A stretch of DNA of 64,000 nt, from contig CAWFQB010000002.1 in NCBI GenBank assembly GCA_963817895.1, forward strand, positions 224,001-288,000, written 5' to 3'. A program made the position numbers and the translations under genes. The notes below the pieces were generated by a model. It made no database searches. It saw nothing but the letters and a program-made list of their open reading frames with translations, and had not been told where the DNA came from. Below are positions 1 through 9,149 of the stretch, in pieces (the first letter of the stretch is position 1; each line of letters begins with the position of its first letter). The DNA comes from an uncultured Chthonomonadaceae bacterium. Its GTDB lineage: Bacteria > Armatimonadota > Chthonomonadetes > Chthonomonadales > Chthonomonadaceae.

Positions 1-1326
1 GCGTTGCACCGCCGAAACATTCCCCAACTCGTCGGCCTGCATTTCCACAAGGGCTGCGATCACTTGCAGGTTGTTCTTGACCCGGTGATGGGTCTCCTGC
101 ATGGCGCGGGCAAGGCGGATATTCAAGCCCTCTATCTCGGATTGGTGGCGGCGCAGGGCTTCTTCAGTCTCTCTCTGCTCGGTAATGTCCGTATTCGTTC
201 CGAACCAGAGAGTGACATTCCCGGCTTCATCCAGGATAGGAAAAGCACGGGACAAGAACCATCGCCAGTCGCCGTCCTTGCTGCGCAGCGGAAAGGTGTC
301 TTCCCATTCCCGCCTCGCACCCAGGTGTTCCGTCCACCGTTTCGTAACCGGGGCAATGTAGTCGGGGTGATGGACACCTTGCCATCCCCAACCCTGCATT
401 TCCTCAAGGGTGGTTCCAGTGTAATCGTACCAGCGGCGGTTGTACCAGAAAATCCAGCCTGTGCCGTCTGCCATCCATGCCAGTTGTACAATGTTGTCCG
501 CTAGGGCACGAAAGCGCGTTTCGCTTTCGCGCAGGGCATCCTCCGCCTTCTGGCGCTCGGTGAGATCGGCAAACGTGACACTGAAACCATCCTCCGCCTG
601 TACTGCCATAAGGCGGATATAAACGTGAACCTCCTCGTGGTCGTAGCGCAACGCCTGGGTGTAGGGTTCTCCTGTTTCAACGACGCGCACATAGGCGTCG
701 AACAGCCCTTCCTCGCGGTTGCCCGGCATTTCCTCCAGCAGCAGGCGTCCAACGAACCATTCACGCGGGCGGCCTATGATTCGGGCGGCGGCCTCATTTG
801 CGTATGTCCAGCGAAAGTCTACGACAGCGCCGACCTCGTTGCGAACGGCTGTGAGTGTCATAAATCCGTCCAAACTTGCATCCTGCGTGGTGCGGTAGCG
901 AGCCTCGCTCTGACGCAAAGCGCCTTCGGCTTGCCGGTGCGCGGTGAGGTCGCGGAAGATTTTGAGGTAGCCGTGCAGTTCCCCATCCAAGACAGGAAAG
1001 ACCAAGCCGCTGCCCCAAAAGCGGCTGCCGTCCTTGCGAAGATGCCAGCGTTCGTCCTCGGCGCGACCCTGCTCACGGGCAGTGCGAAACTCTTTGTCAG
1101 GAGCGCCTGCGTCCCGATCTTCGGGCGTGAAAAAGACGGCGGCATTCTGCCCGACAATTTCTGCTTCTTGCCAGCCCAGCACGTTCTCCGCCCCGGTATT
1201 CCACAGGACAATGCGCCCTTCGGTGTCCATCATAACAATAGCATAGTCGCGGGCGTTTTCAATGAGGAGTTGCAGCGTTTTGGCTTGGTAGGGCATGGTG
1301 TGGTAAGGGTTCTTTTCTTCGGGCAT
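1..1326 (-). CDS. PAS-domain sensor protein (probably histidine kinase), runs off the left edge
   Basis: Own translation from ATG 1326: MPEEKNPY...LLIENARDYAIVMMDTEGRIVLWNTGAENVLGW...ERWHLRKDGSRFWGSG, typical PAS/PAC. Absent from the ORF track because no stop is reached. Confidence 0.85.
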   Translation of the reverse strand, partial: MPEEKNPYHTMPYQAKTLQLLIENARDYAIVMMDTEGRIVLWNTGAENVLGWQEAEIVGQNAAVFFTPEDRDAGAPDKEFRTAREQGRAEDERWHLRKDGSRFWGSGLVFPVLDGELHGYLKIFRDLTAHRQAEGALRQSEARYRTTQDASLDGFMTLTAVRNEVGAVVDFRWTYANEAAARIIGRPREWFVGRLLLEEMPGNREEGLFDAYVRVVETGEPYTQALRYDHEEVHVYIRLMAVQAEDGFSVTFADLTERQKAEDALRESETRFRALADNIVQLAWMADGTGWIFWYNRRWYDYTGTTLEEMQGWGWQGVHHPDYIAPVTKRWTEHLGARREWEDTFPLRSKDGDWRWFLSRAFPILDEAGNVTLWFGTNTDITEQRETEEALRRHQSEIEGLNIRLARAMQETHHRVKNNLQVIAALVEMQADELGNVSAVQR

Positions 1327-1490
1327 GACAAACAAACCTCCTCGCATAATTTATACGCTTGGAGGTCATTTTCATTTCCAGATTGTTCAGCCCCAATCCC
1401 GTGACGGCATTTACCTGCCTTCATCAGGAGATTGATTGTTGTCACAGATAAAATGCGGTACAAGAGTATCTTGGTAGTGCCTGTTGCAGA

Positions 1491-1519
1491 AGGGGCCGGG
1501 GAAATTTTCTCCGGCCCCT
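1491..1519. terminator. GC-rich hairpin downstream of 1541..1834
   Basis: aggggccgg-ggaaattttct-ccggcccct inverted repeat. Confidence 0.5.
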
Positions 1520-1540
1520 CATGCAACATGTAGCCACAGT

Positions 1541-1834
1541 TCAGTCGGCGTATTCCATTGCCCCACCCTTATCCCTAACCATTACGCTGCTGGTCGCTTC
1601 CGCTGTGGTGACGGCGAATGTGGAGCCATCCTCCATATCCAAGTCAAGCGTGGTGCCCGCCTGCCGTACAGCCTTTATCGTGCCACCGCTACTCGCGCTA
1701 TTAGATGATCCTGCTGTTTTGATGGTCATGTGTGAGCCATCCGTAAAAGTGATGGTCAGTTTGTTGTCTTGGTTTTGAGTGCCTGAGATTGTACGGCCCT
1801 TGATGACACTCGTGAGTTTGTGATTGGCTGCCAT
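1541..1834 (-). CDS. Hypothetical protein with two-fold internal repeat (TITFTDGS / DLDMEDGS)
   Basis: 97-aa ORF abutting the upstream gene's stop codon. Confidence 0.65.
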   Translation of the reverse strand: MAANHKLTSVIKGRTISGTQNQDNKLTITFTDGSHMTIKTAGSSNSASSGGTIKAVRQAGTTLDLDMEDGSTFAVTTAEATSSVMVRDKGGAMEYAD

Positions 1835-2551
1835 TTAGTTCGTGCCTCCGCCTGCCGTATGATACCCGGCTTTAATCGCCTCCGATTCCGTCATGTATTT
1901 GCCTTCTTTGGTCTTTCCAAAATAGCGCGTTCCCGGACGCCAGTACGCGCCTGATTTTGTGTTCACCCACACTTGCCCATCGGTTGCGCCTGTTGGCGCA
2001 GAAGCAGATGCGTTCTTTTCTGATCGCGTCCGGCGTCCGTTGCGCGCCTTCGTCAAGGGCTGATCTGTGTGAAAGTATTTCTTGTAGGCCGCAATCCAGT
2101 CCCGTGCGATGTCCTGTTGCGCCGTCTTGATGTCGATCTTGCCTGAACAGATTTCCGAGTGCAGTTCGTTTTCAAGGGCATCTTTGACATGTGCGTTCCA
2201 GGGTTCACTTTTATACAATTCAGGCCACAGATTTTTGATGCTGTTGTTGCCGCCAAGTTCCAGCGATATGAGGTGATCCACTTCATACTCGCCAGGCGCG
2301 TGGCTCGTAATGCCATACTCTTGATACACCTGATTTTTCACGGCTTGTGGGACATTTCGGACTTTCTTCGTGTAGCCAGAAACGCAGATGTCGGCTTTCG
2401 TGACATCCAACGCATCGCCCGGCGTCATCTTGGGATCGGGCAGAATGGGCGGGTTGTTGCCGCGTTGGGCCAGGCCAGAAGAAGCGAGGGCGAGAACGAT
2501 GCCTGCGGCGGCAAAGAGGTTGGTTCGGAGGCGCATAAAATGTCCTTTCAT
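1835..2551 (-). CDS. Secreted HNH-like nuclease-domain protein with small C-terminal domain
   Basis: Signal peptide; YEVDHLISLELGG..NLWPE HNH-like motif; C-terminal VWVNTKSG..Y..KTKEGKYM.E..A..AGY module. Confidence 0.65.
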   Translation of the reverse strand: MKGHFMRLRTNLFAAAGIVLALASSGLAQRGNNPPILPDPKMTPGDALDVTKADICVSGYTKKVRNVPQAVKNQVYQEYGITSHAPGEYEVDHLISLELGGNNSIKNLWPELYKSEPWNAHVKDALENELHSEICSGKIDIKTAQQDIARDWIAAYKKYFHTDQPLTKARNGRRTRSEKNASASAPTGATDGQVWVNTKSGAYWRPGTRYFGKTKEGKYMTESEAIKAGYHTAGGGTN

Positions 2552-2580
2552 GCTTACATATTATTGTACTCTCAAGCGTA

Positions 2581-3609
2581 TTAGAAACGCGAAGGCGGCA
2601 TGTCCGTTCTTGGCAGGCGGAAGAACTCGCAATCTACCGCTTCGTTCGTTCCACAGTAGATTTTTCTGAACTTGCAGTACACAGGCGCGGTGACATCTTC
2701 ATTGCGGTTCTGTCCTTCGTAGCGGCACAACAGGCAGTTACGAATCCGTATGCCCTGCTTGTGTGTTTCTTCTACTAATTTCTTGAACACATCGCCGCGG
2801 CCCATCGGATATACCGTTCGCTTGGAATCAATGAGTTTGCGGTAGATCGTTTTCTCTTTTGTCTTGTGGATTTTGTCCTGAATAAACGACAAAGAACCTT
2901 CTTCCAGATAACATCTGCCTGAATCGAACACGAAAAAGCATAAAAACTCTTTCGTCGCGCACAAACAGTCTGCGTCTGTTGCTGCCACTAAGCGCTTGCC
3001 GAGGTTGAGGAAGGCAGCATGTTTTTCATTGATGTAGCGGTCGATGATAGGGGTGATGTCGTCCTCGGTTGCAATCGGTATTTCGATGATGCGATTGGAC
3101 GAGGCTTGCTTCTTCTCGGAAAGGAAGTGCGTCACGGCTATCTCGATATACACCTTCTGGCGCTCGTCTGCGGTGTTGTAGATCAGCAGGTCAGGGATAA
3201 AACTGTCATCTCGCTTTTCCATGCGGATGCCATTGAAACGCGCAGTCAGGTCGTGTTTCTTCGACACGGTTCCGGCGTCACAATCATGGCCCAAGAGGTC
3301 GTAAAACCGTTGACATTGCTTGGAATGCTGACGCCCAATACGAAAGGGAATGTTTTGCTCTAAACACTCCTTGTAGACGTTGTAGAAGGTTGTCTTTGCC
3401 AGTCGGTGCAGATAGGTTTCTGGCGCGCACACCACCCGCTGTTTGTGCGCGAAGTGCTTTTCCTTCTTCTCCCCTTTTGTCTTGGCGATCAAGGGTTCTC
3501 CACAGCCGACGCAGGTGAATGGCCCAAGCGGTTCACTTCTGTCCGCAGGCAGGGTGAGAATATCAACAATCTGCTCTTGTTCGTTGTGGGCGTAGCGAAA
3601 TTGTGGCAT
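2581..3609 (-). CDS. CoiA-like zinc-finger + PD-(D/E)XK nuclease
   Basis: CVGC..HFAH..C..E.YLH N-terminus; PDLLI..YIEIAVTH nuclease motif; start taken at ATG 3609. Confidence 0.65.
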   Translation of the reverse strand: MPQFRYAHNEQEQIVDILTLPADRSEPLGPFTCVGCGEPLIAKTKGEKKEKHFAHKQRVVCAPETYLHRLAKTTFYNVYKECLEQNIPFRIGRQHSKQCQRFYDLLGHDCDAGTVSKKHDLTARFNGIRMEKRDDSFIPDLLIYNTADERQKVYIEIAVTHFLSEKKQASSNRIIEIPIATEDDITPIIDRYINEKHAAFLNLGKRLVAATDADCLCATKEFLCFFVFDSGRCYLEEGSLSFIQDKIHKTKEKTIYRKLIDSKRTVYPMGRGDVFKKLVEETHKQGIRIRNCLLCRYEGQNRNEDVTAPVYCKFRKIYCGTNEAVDCEFFRLPRTDMPPSRF

Positions 3610-3735
3610 GGCTGTTTTGACGTGAGCATGGTCAGAAATTTTCTGACCATGCTCACCCAGAATAACTATTGCAGAATAGCCGTAATTACATCCCCTGTCC
3701 AATCGAATCCGAATTGGAAGCGAGAGCCATCCAGA

Positions 3736-4911
3736 TTATGCACCTATGGCGAGATTTGCTAGTAACTCAAAAGCAAATGCGCTTGCATGGTCGGCTGCTG
3801 CCTCTTGCGATCCAGAGGCGTCCGAGGCAGATTTGTGATCAATCATATCAGATATGCCACGAATCAAAATGGCGTCCACGTTTTGATTGACATGTGCTGC
3901 CTGAAGAAACCCACGCCCCTCCATTTCTACAGCAACCGCATCTCCATAAGTCGCACGAAGGAAGCGATACGTTTCAGAACGTGTATCCGCGACAACTTGC
4001 TCGCCTGCGGCGATTGGTTTGACATAGGCTTGTGGCGAGTGAGATGAAACAGGGCTATGGATGCGTTTGAGCCATTGTGTCCCGCGCGCTTCGGCACGGG
4101 CATGTTGTTCCATGCGATACGTAGAACGAAACACTTCGGGGCGTGGTTGAAACTCCACGTTGGATTTGCCTGCCTCGTATCCGTATACCTTCGTGGCGGC
4201 GACTACATCTCCGAGTTGGACATCCTTAATACCCCCGCCAACGCCAACAAACATGACTACCTGCGGTGTAAAGAAACTTATGGCTCGCTCAGTCTCAATA
4301 CCAGCACCGGGATTACCTGGGCCGGTTTCGACGACTACAACTTGCCATGATTTGTCGGAAGTTGGAAATGTGCCTTGCTCATAAAGCGTTCCCTGCGGAT
4401 GAGGCACACGCGATAAATTTTCCAGATGCGTGGCAACTGCGCGAAATTCTACAGGCAACGCAGTCAACATCACTGCACAACGTTGCTTTTGAATCAAGAC
4501 TGGTGATGGAGATGAAAGTGTCTGTGGGCCTGTGCTGGACAGGTTATTCACCTGCGAACTGTTAGTGGTTCCTTGTTGAACTGGTGAGTTGCTGACACTG
4601 CCATAAACGTTTATGACATTGCTTGGGTTGGAGTTTGAGGATGAAGTCATGTGTTTACTCGCTGTCATTTCTTGATAAAGTGCGCGCCCGCCCCATTGGA
4701 TAACTGTGGCTCCGCCTATTCCACCAATCGTTTTGACGGCGCTCTTACTACCCAAAAATTGGAGCGCATCAAGAAAGTCTCTCTCCGATATAGGGTTCTC
4801 GGAGACAAGGTAATCGTATAAACTTTGATTGGAAACAGACCTATCACGATCTGGGTTAGCCTCATTCAATGCTGCCAAAACTCGCAACGCATTTTGTTCA
4901 ATCGGGTTCAA
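3736..4911 (-). CDS. PNP_UDP / MTA-SAH nucleosidase-family effector with N-terminal helical (wHTH-like) domain and N/Q/S-rich linker motif
   Basis: [61 protein letters not shown] start overlaps the upstream TGA. Confidence 0.85.
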   Translation of the reverse strand: MNPIEQNALRVLAALNEANPDRDRSVSNQSLYDYLVSENPISERDFLDALQFLGSKSAVKTIGGIGGATVIQWGGRALYQEMTASKHMTSSSNSNPSNVINVYGSVSNSPVQQGTTNSSQVNNLSSTGPQTLSSPSPVLIQKQRCAVMLTALPVEFRAVATHLENLSRVPHPQGTLYEQGTFPTSDKSWQVVVVETGPGNPGAGIETERAISFFTPQVVMFVGVGGGIKDVQLGDVVAATKVYGYEAGKSNVEFQPRPEVFRSTYRMEQHARAEARGTQWLKRIHSPVSSHSPQAYVKPIAAGEQVVADTRSETYRFLRATYGDAVAVEMEGRGFLQAAHVNQNVDAILIRGISDMIDHKSASDASGSQEAAADHASAFAFELLANLAIGA

Positions 4912-6503
4912 CTCTCGGCCTTTCCCTCTTGGTTGTCGAACGTTGTGTCTTCCGGCAGCGTCTCCGATCTAATGTTCGTAGTCTGTGTACTACCACTTGT
5001 TGCCAATTGTACTGGTGAGTTCACCATGCTGCCATAGTTGTTTAGGACGTTTTGAGGTGCGGCGGACTGCAAATCCTGTCGGAGCGTGTAGAACTGATGA
5101 CTGCGGCGTGCAGCATCCTCAAAGGTTTGCCCTTCCAGCAACTTGCCGAAGCCGGATTGCCAGTTTCTATCGGTCAAGTACGTGGTACGAACAACAGCCT
5201 TCTTACCCATTCGCTTTGGATACAGTTCAAGCATACTGCGTTGAAATCGCTGTACAAAGCGTTCCAGCAATTCTATCATATTGGCGCTGTTTACATTCAA
5301 ATCAACGACTGTATACGCGCTGTATGCTCCGGCAGGCGAAATGGACATCTCAATAGGCCCTGTCTTCACCATGTACACCGGCCCCTCAAAGCCATATACC
5401 TTACTCAGCCAGCGGTCAGGAAAATTGATGTCTTGGAGTGAGAAAACTTGATCTTTCACGGAGGGTATCACGAGTTCCAACAACTCTGTGTCACCGAAAG
5501 GCAGGAGTTCGCCTGCTTCGGTTTCAAAGAAAAACTCCACAAGTAAAGTCGCCCATTTAGGAGATGGTTGGTTTGATGTCGAGGCAATCTCGACAGGGCG
5601 TAGATTTGTGTCCTCTCCGTTGACGGACAAGCAGAAAGCAGGAAAGTCGGAATATGGTTGGTTGAACAGGGAGTATACTTTCTGTGTGAGCGGCGCTCCC
5701 AAACTGCTCAATTCACTCAAGATAGCACTGTCAAGTTCTGTGAGGCGAGCAGAAAATTCTACGTAGCGATTAGATCGGCAATGCCCACGCGGGTATAGCA
5801 CCGGAATCGGTTTGCATTCCGTTGGAACTTCCACCACTTCTCGAACGCGCGCCGGATCAGTAAGTGTAAGGTTGGCCTCTTTTCCCGTCCGGGGTATCTG
5901 ATCAAATAGTTCCGAGGCTCCCACACTGTATATCCATTGCTCAGGGTTCAAACTGCAATTAGCAAAACCATTGTCCATGCCATACACCCACGGCTGATCA
6001 TCAGGGGATTGCATCTCAATTTCGGGTATGGGAATCTGGATAGAAGGGGGATTGGCTAATTCCAAATTGAAACCCAATGTCGATGTTGGATACACAAAGC
6101 CCAACATCAAATCATCCCGTTCAAAAGGTATACTGCCCGCAGGCAGAAAAGCGGGGGACGGAGTCATACGTACTCCTGGCCTGCCATCCTCGGAAACAGC
6201 ATATTCACTGTCAAACCGATAAGGTGAATACGCTTTCGGCAAATACCAGTAAGCATACGAGGACAGCCATCCCCTTCCCGTAACCTGACTTCCAAGTTCG
6301 AGTTCACCTGCACTCACAGCAACACTCAGCGCAACGACATCTTCAAAACTTTTGGCAGCACGTCCTTGTCTTATGTTGGTTCCAATCCGTAATGATTGAA
6401 CGAGTTCGCGCAAGCCTGTGTAGAATCGCAATAAGTGTTGTATGTACTCATTCGTCAAAGTAGGGCACCCCTGGATTGAACTTCCCTTGTGCATATAGAT
6501 CAT
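4908..6503 (-). CDS. Hypothetical protein with C-terminal N/Q/S/G-rich motif
   Basis: 531-aa ORF, no recognised family; the true start may be the TTG at ~6458. Confidence 0.7.
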   Translation of the reverse strand: MIYMHKGSSIQGCPTLTNEYIQHLLRFYTGLRELVQSLRIGTNIRQGRAAKSFEDVVALSVAVSAGELELGSQVTGRGWLSSYAYWYLPKAYSPYRFDSEYAVSEDGRPGVRMTPSPAFLPAGSIPFERDDLMLGFVYPTSTLGFNLELANPPSIQIPIPEIEMQSPDDQPWVYGMDNGFANCSLNPEQWIYSVGASELFDQIPRTGKEANLTLTDPARVREVVEVPTECKPIPVLYPRGHCRSNRYVEFSARLTELDSAILSELSSLGAPLTQKVYSLFNQPYSDFPAFCLSVNGEDTNLRPVEIASTSNQPSPKWATLLVEFFFETEAGELLPFGDTELLELVIPSVKDQVFSLQDINFPDRWLSKVYGFEGPVYMVKTGPIEMSISPAGAYSAYTVVDLNVNSANMIELLERFVQRFQRSMLELYPKRMGKKAVVRTTYLTDRNWQSGFGKLLEGQTFEDAARRSHQFYTLRQDLQSAAPQNVLNNYGSMVNSPVQLATSGSTQTTNIRSETLPEDTTFDNQEGKAES

Positions 6504-7320
6504 CTAGCCGCTTTAGAATGGAAGGCCATTGTCCGAAAAACTTGGGAAGGATTGGTTGTAACGTTAGCGTTGATTCGTGATCAGAGTATTCTATGAGGCG
6601 ATAGTCACTCGTATCGAACCACTTTGCAAAAGCCGCAGCAGAGATATGAAAGCGGCGCTCATCCCCCTCAAAAACAATGCCCATCAAATAAGGGGGTTGC
6701 GACCCATCCGGTGTCGGCCTCATCCATAGCCCGAACTGAAAAGACGACTGCAACGTTTCCGGCAAAGGCTCTCGGCATGGGCCCAGAAATTGTTTGTCCC
6801 ATCGGGAACCATCTGGGTCTACTCCTGAAACAGGAATGATAAGTTCAGCACCGGGAGCAACACTCCCGTCCACCTCAAACATCCAGGGGCGGATTACTTC
6901 ACTTTTTGAAACTCGTGCGCCGGGAAATAAGGATAGGGTTAGGAATGACCGCTCACCTTCGGGCTGCATCAGCACCCACCCCATTGTGCTCAGGTCTCTA
7001 TCATTTGCTAACGAAGAAGCCTCGATAGCCCATTTTTGATTGTCGCCTTCGACAATGATTGCGTACAGGAAAGGAACTGCCATACTGTCAGGAGCAGCGT
7101 ACAGACCCAGCGTGAAACCTTCAAAAGCCGGGGTGGTAAGCGGCAGGCGTTGAGGATTAGTGTACTCTTTATGCCAGGGCATTCCAGCAGCAATGCTGCC
7201 ATTTACACCGATGACGACTTTTGCCCCATCAGGAATGTCTCCGTCGATGGAAATTAGATATGGGCGGTGTACATCACTTCTGCCAATAAAACGTTTTATT
7301 GTTGAACTCCTTTTTATCAA
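6448..7320 (-). CDS. Hypothetical protein made of two tandem ~125-aa beta-rich repeats
   Basis: PYLISIDG..GAKVVI..W.K...P.R.PL..F.LGL..PFL..I.VEGD versus PWMFEVDG..GAELII..W.K...P.R.PL..F.FGL..PYL..I.FEGD. Confidence 0.7.
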   Translation of the reverse strand: MIKRSSTIKRFIGRSDVHRPYLISIDGDIPDGAKVVIGVNGSIAAGMPWHKEYTNPQRLPLTTPAFEGFTLGLYAAPDSMAVPFLYAIIVEGDNQKWAIEASSLANDRDLSTMGWVLMQPEGERSFLTLSLFPGARVSKSEVIRPWMFEVDGSVAPGAELIIPVSGVDPDGSRWDKQFLGPCREPLPETLQSSFQFGLWMRPTPDGSQPPYLMGIVFEGDERRFHISAAAFAKWFDTSDYRLIEYSDHESTLTLQPILPKFFGQWPSILKRLDDLYAQGKFNPGVPYFDE

Positions 7321-7430
7321 AGCGAGTTGTCAAGAGGCGCGATTTACCCATCATTGTACTCGCCATGTAGGATGTCGATAATTTACCTAATATTGTACTT
7401 CATCTGATGAAGTTATAGTAGACAGAAGTT

Positions 7431-7460
7431 GCAAGAGCCGAAGAAACTTTCGGCTCTTGC
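7431..7460. terminator. 12-bp stem hairpin
   Basis: gcaagagccgaa-gaaact-ttcggctcttgc. Confidence 0.55.
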
Positions 7461-7622
7461 GACGGAATAGAATCTGTCAATTGGCACACTTTCGGCACAC
7501 CATGAGAACATAGTTCACGCCCTACGCACTATGTATCATTAGTCTGCTCGTCTCGCAATTAGGTGACTCGCAACCGGAAATGCTCGTCGTCCTTTGCCAT
7601 TTTGTTCCTCTCGGTTGCATCC

Positions 7623-8270
7623 TCACCGATGCCTGCGGTAGTAACCGTGAACATGCACGACCTTACCCGTTTTGGTATGGCGATAGTAGTCTCGCACATG
7701 AACCGTCCGGCTGCCATGCCCATGCGTCCAGCCCGTCGAAAGTACAGGATCATTAGTAGAACCTACAGGACGCGCATAATCGTGTGCGTTGCTCTCGTCA
7801 TTAGGGCCAGCGCTGTTCCCACCCACATGCAGGCTGCCAGAGGTAGAGGACGAACCCGTATGGCTGGCCCGACGCAGCACTGTTGTACTGTGCGTTGAAG
7901 TTGACGGCGTGACAATGGAGCCAGAGGGGAGCCGATGTTCCACGCGCGCGATAGTTTCAGCGTTGCGTTCCTCGACTACCGAAATGCTTGGCTCTCGATT
8001 GCTTGATGATGGAATGTACCAGGGCTGGTGATTGAAGTAATTTTGCAGCCAGGCAGTTTGGAAGCGCCGTCCATGCCGCGCGTAGATGGTGTTGCGGAGC
8101 AGACACAACTGGTCACGGCTCAACCCGGAGAGAGCGGCTTCGTCCACAGGCTTGTTGAGGTTGATGGTGGGAATACGTATCTGCGAACGATCCTGAGCAT
8201 GACTGGCAAAACCTAAAACGGAGAGCCAGGCAATAATGAGGATGAGGAACGGTGAGCGTCGCATCTGCAT
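7623..8270 (-). CDS. Secreted YARHG-domain protein
   Basis: Signal peptide; LRNTIYARHGRRF..LQNYF..QPWY; start at ATG 8270 after aaaggag. Confidence 0.85.
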   Translation of the reverse strand: MQMRRSPFLILIIAWLSVLGFASHAQDRSQIRIPTINLNKPVDEAALSGLSRDQLCLLRNTIYARHGRRFQTAWLQNYFNHQPWYIPSSSNREPSISVVEERNAETIARVEHRLPSGSIVTPSTSTHSTTVLRRASHTGSSSTSGSLHVGGNSAGPNDESNAHDYARPVGSTNDPVLSTGWTHGHGSRTVHVRDYYRHTKTGKVVHVHGYYRRHR

Positions 8271-8330
8271 TTCTCCTTTTTGCGCGCACAAACGGGTATG
8301 TGGTTTCGGTACATCCCTCTGACACATTGA

Positions 8331-8687
8331 TTAGTGCATCTTGAACGGTTCTCCATGTGGTTCGGGAGTAAGATCAGGACGGCTGGAATCCTGAATAACC
8401 TCGTGGACTTCCAGTTTGTTCTGGGCCGTGAATGCTTCCTTTGGCAAAGAGCCAGACTTCGCATGTCCCTGCATAAATTCATCGGAGTGTATCCACGCCT
8501 CGAAGTCGGCACGCGCATTCCACAGAGTCAAAACGATGTAGGGATCGCCGGGGTTGACAGGGCGTAAAACTTGGTTAGAGATAAACCCCGGCATCCCATC
8601 CACAAGGCCCGCACGCTTGCGGAAGGCTTCTTCAAACTGTTCGGCAAATTCGGACGCTACGAAGATGCGGTTGGCAACAGTAATCAT
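8331..8687 (-). CDS. Antibiotic biosynthesis monooxygenase family (IsdG/HmoB-like)
   Basis: ANRIFV..FEEAF..GMPGF..W..F.AW..S..F..GH pattern. Confidence 0.85.
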   Translation of the reverse strand: MITVANRIFVASEFAEQFEEAFRKRAGLVDGMPGFISNQVLRPVNPGDPYIVLTLWNARADFEAWIHSDEFMQGHAKSGSLPKEAFTAQNKLEVHEVIQDSSRPDLTPEPHGEPFKMH

Positions 8688-8715
8688 TTCTATCTCCTTT
8701 GAACCTCAAATGGTC

Positions 8716-8943
8716 TTACAGAGTGGTAGGGATCGTCAAATATGTGTGTTCAAAGCGCTCGATCTCATGGTAAGTGACCTTGACAACGCGATGAGTGCTG
8801 GCAAGGTCGCCGTCCTCGTTCTCGGCGCAACGGGCCAGTTCGATCAAGCAGCCGATTTGTACCACCATGTACAGGCCAGCCGGAATCTCACCCAGATTAA
8901 CAGGCAGGCGCAGCACATCGCCGGGATTTAGGTTGTGGAACAT
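8716..8943 (-). CDS. Small hypothetical protein
   Basis: 75-aa ORF in the same orientation as its neighbours. Confidence 0.45.
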   Translation of the reverse strand: MFHNLNPGDVLRLPVNLGEIPAGLYMVVQIGCLIELARCAENEDGDLASTHRVVKVTYHEIERFEHTYLTIPTTL

Positions 8944-9149
8944 GTTTGCTCGTCTGACATTTGCCTTCTACACAACAGGATTGCCGTTATATTCAGACGC
9001 CGTGCAAAGATATTCCTGCACGGCGTTTGTCGGAATTTATCAGGAGGATTTTGAGTTCCGTTCAGCGAAAAGAATGCGGCGTCTTGAACCATGTTTTCCA
9101 CATTTTTATGCTGTATGGTAGTGGCTTGGACAGGAGTGAGGTACTTGTA

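Noticed and set aside
4..1404. Plus-strand ORFs 4..504 and 625..1404
   Set aside because: Antisense shadows of the PAS sensor gene.
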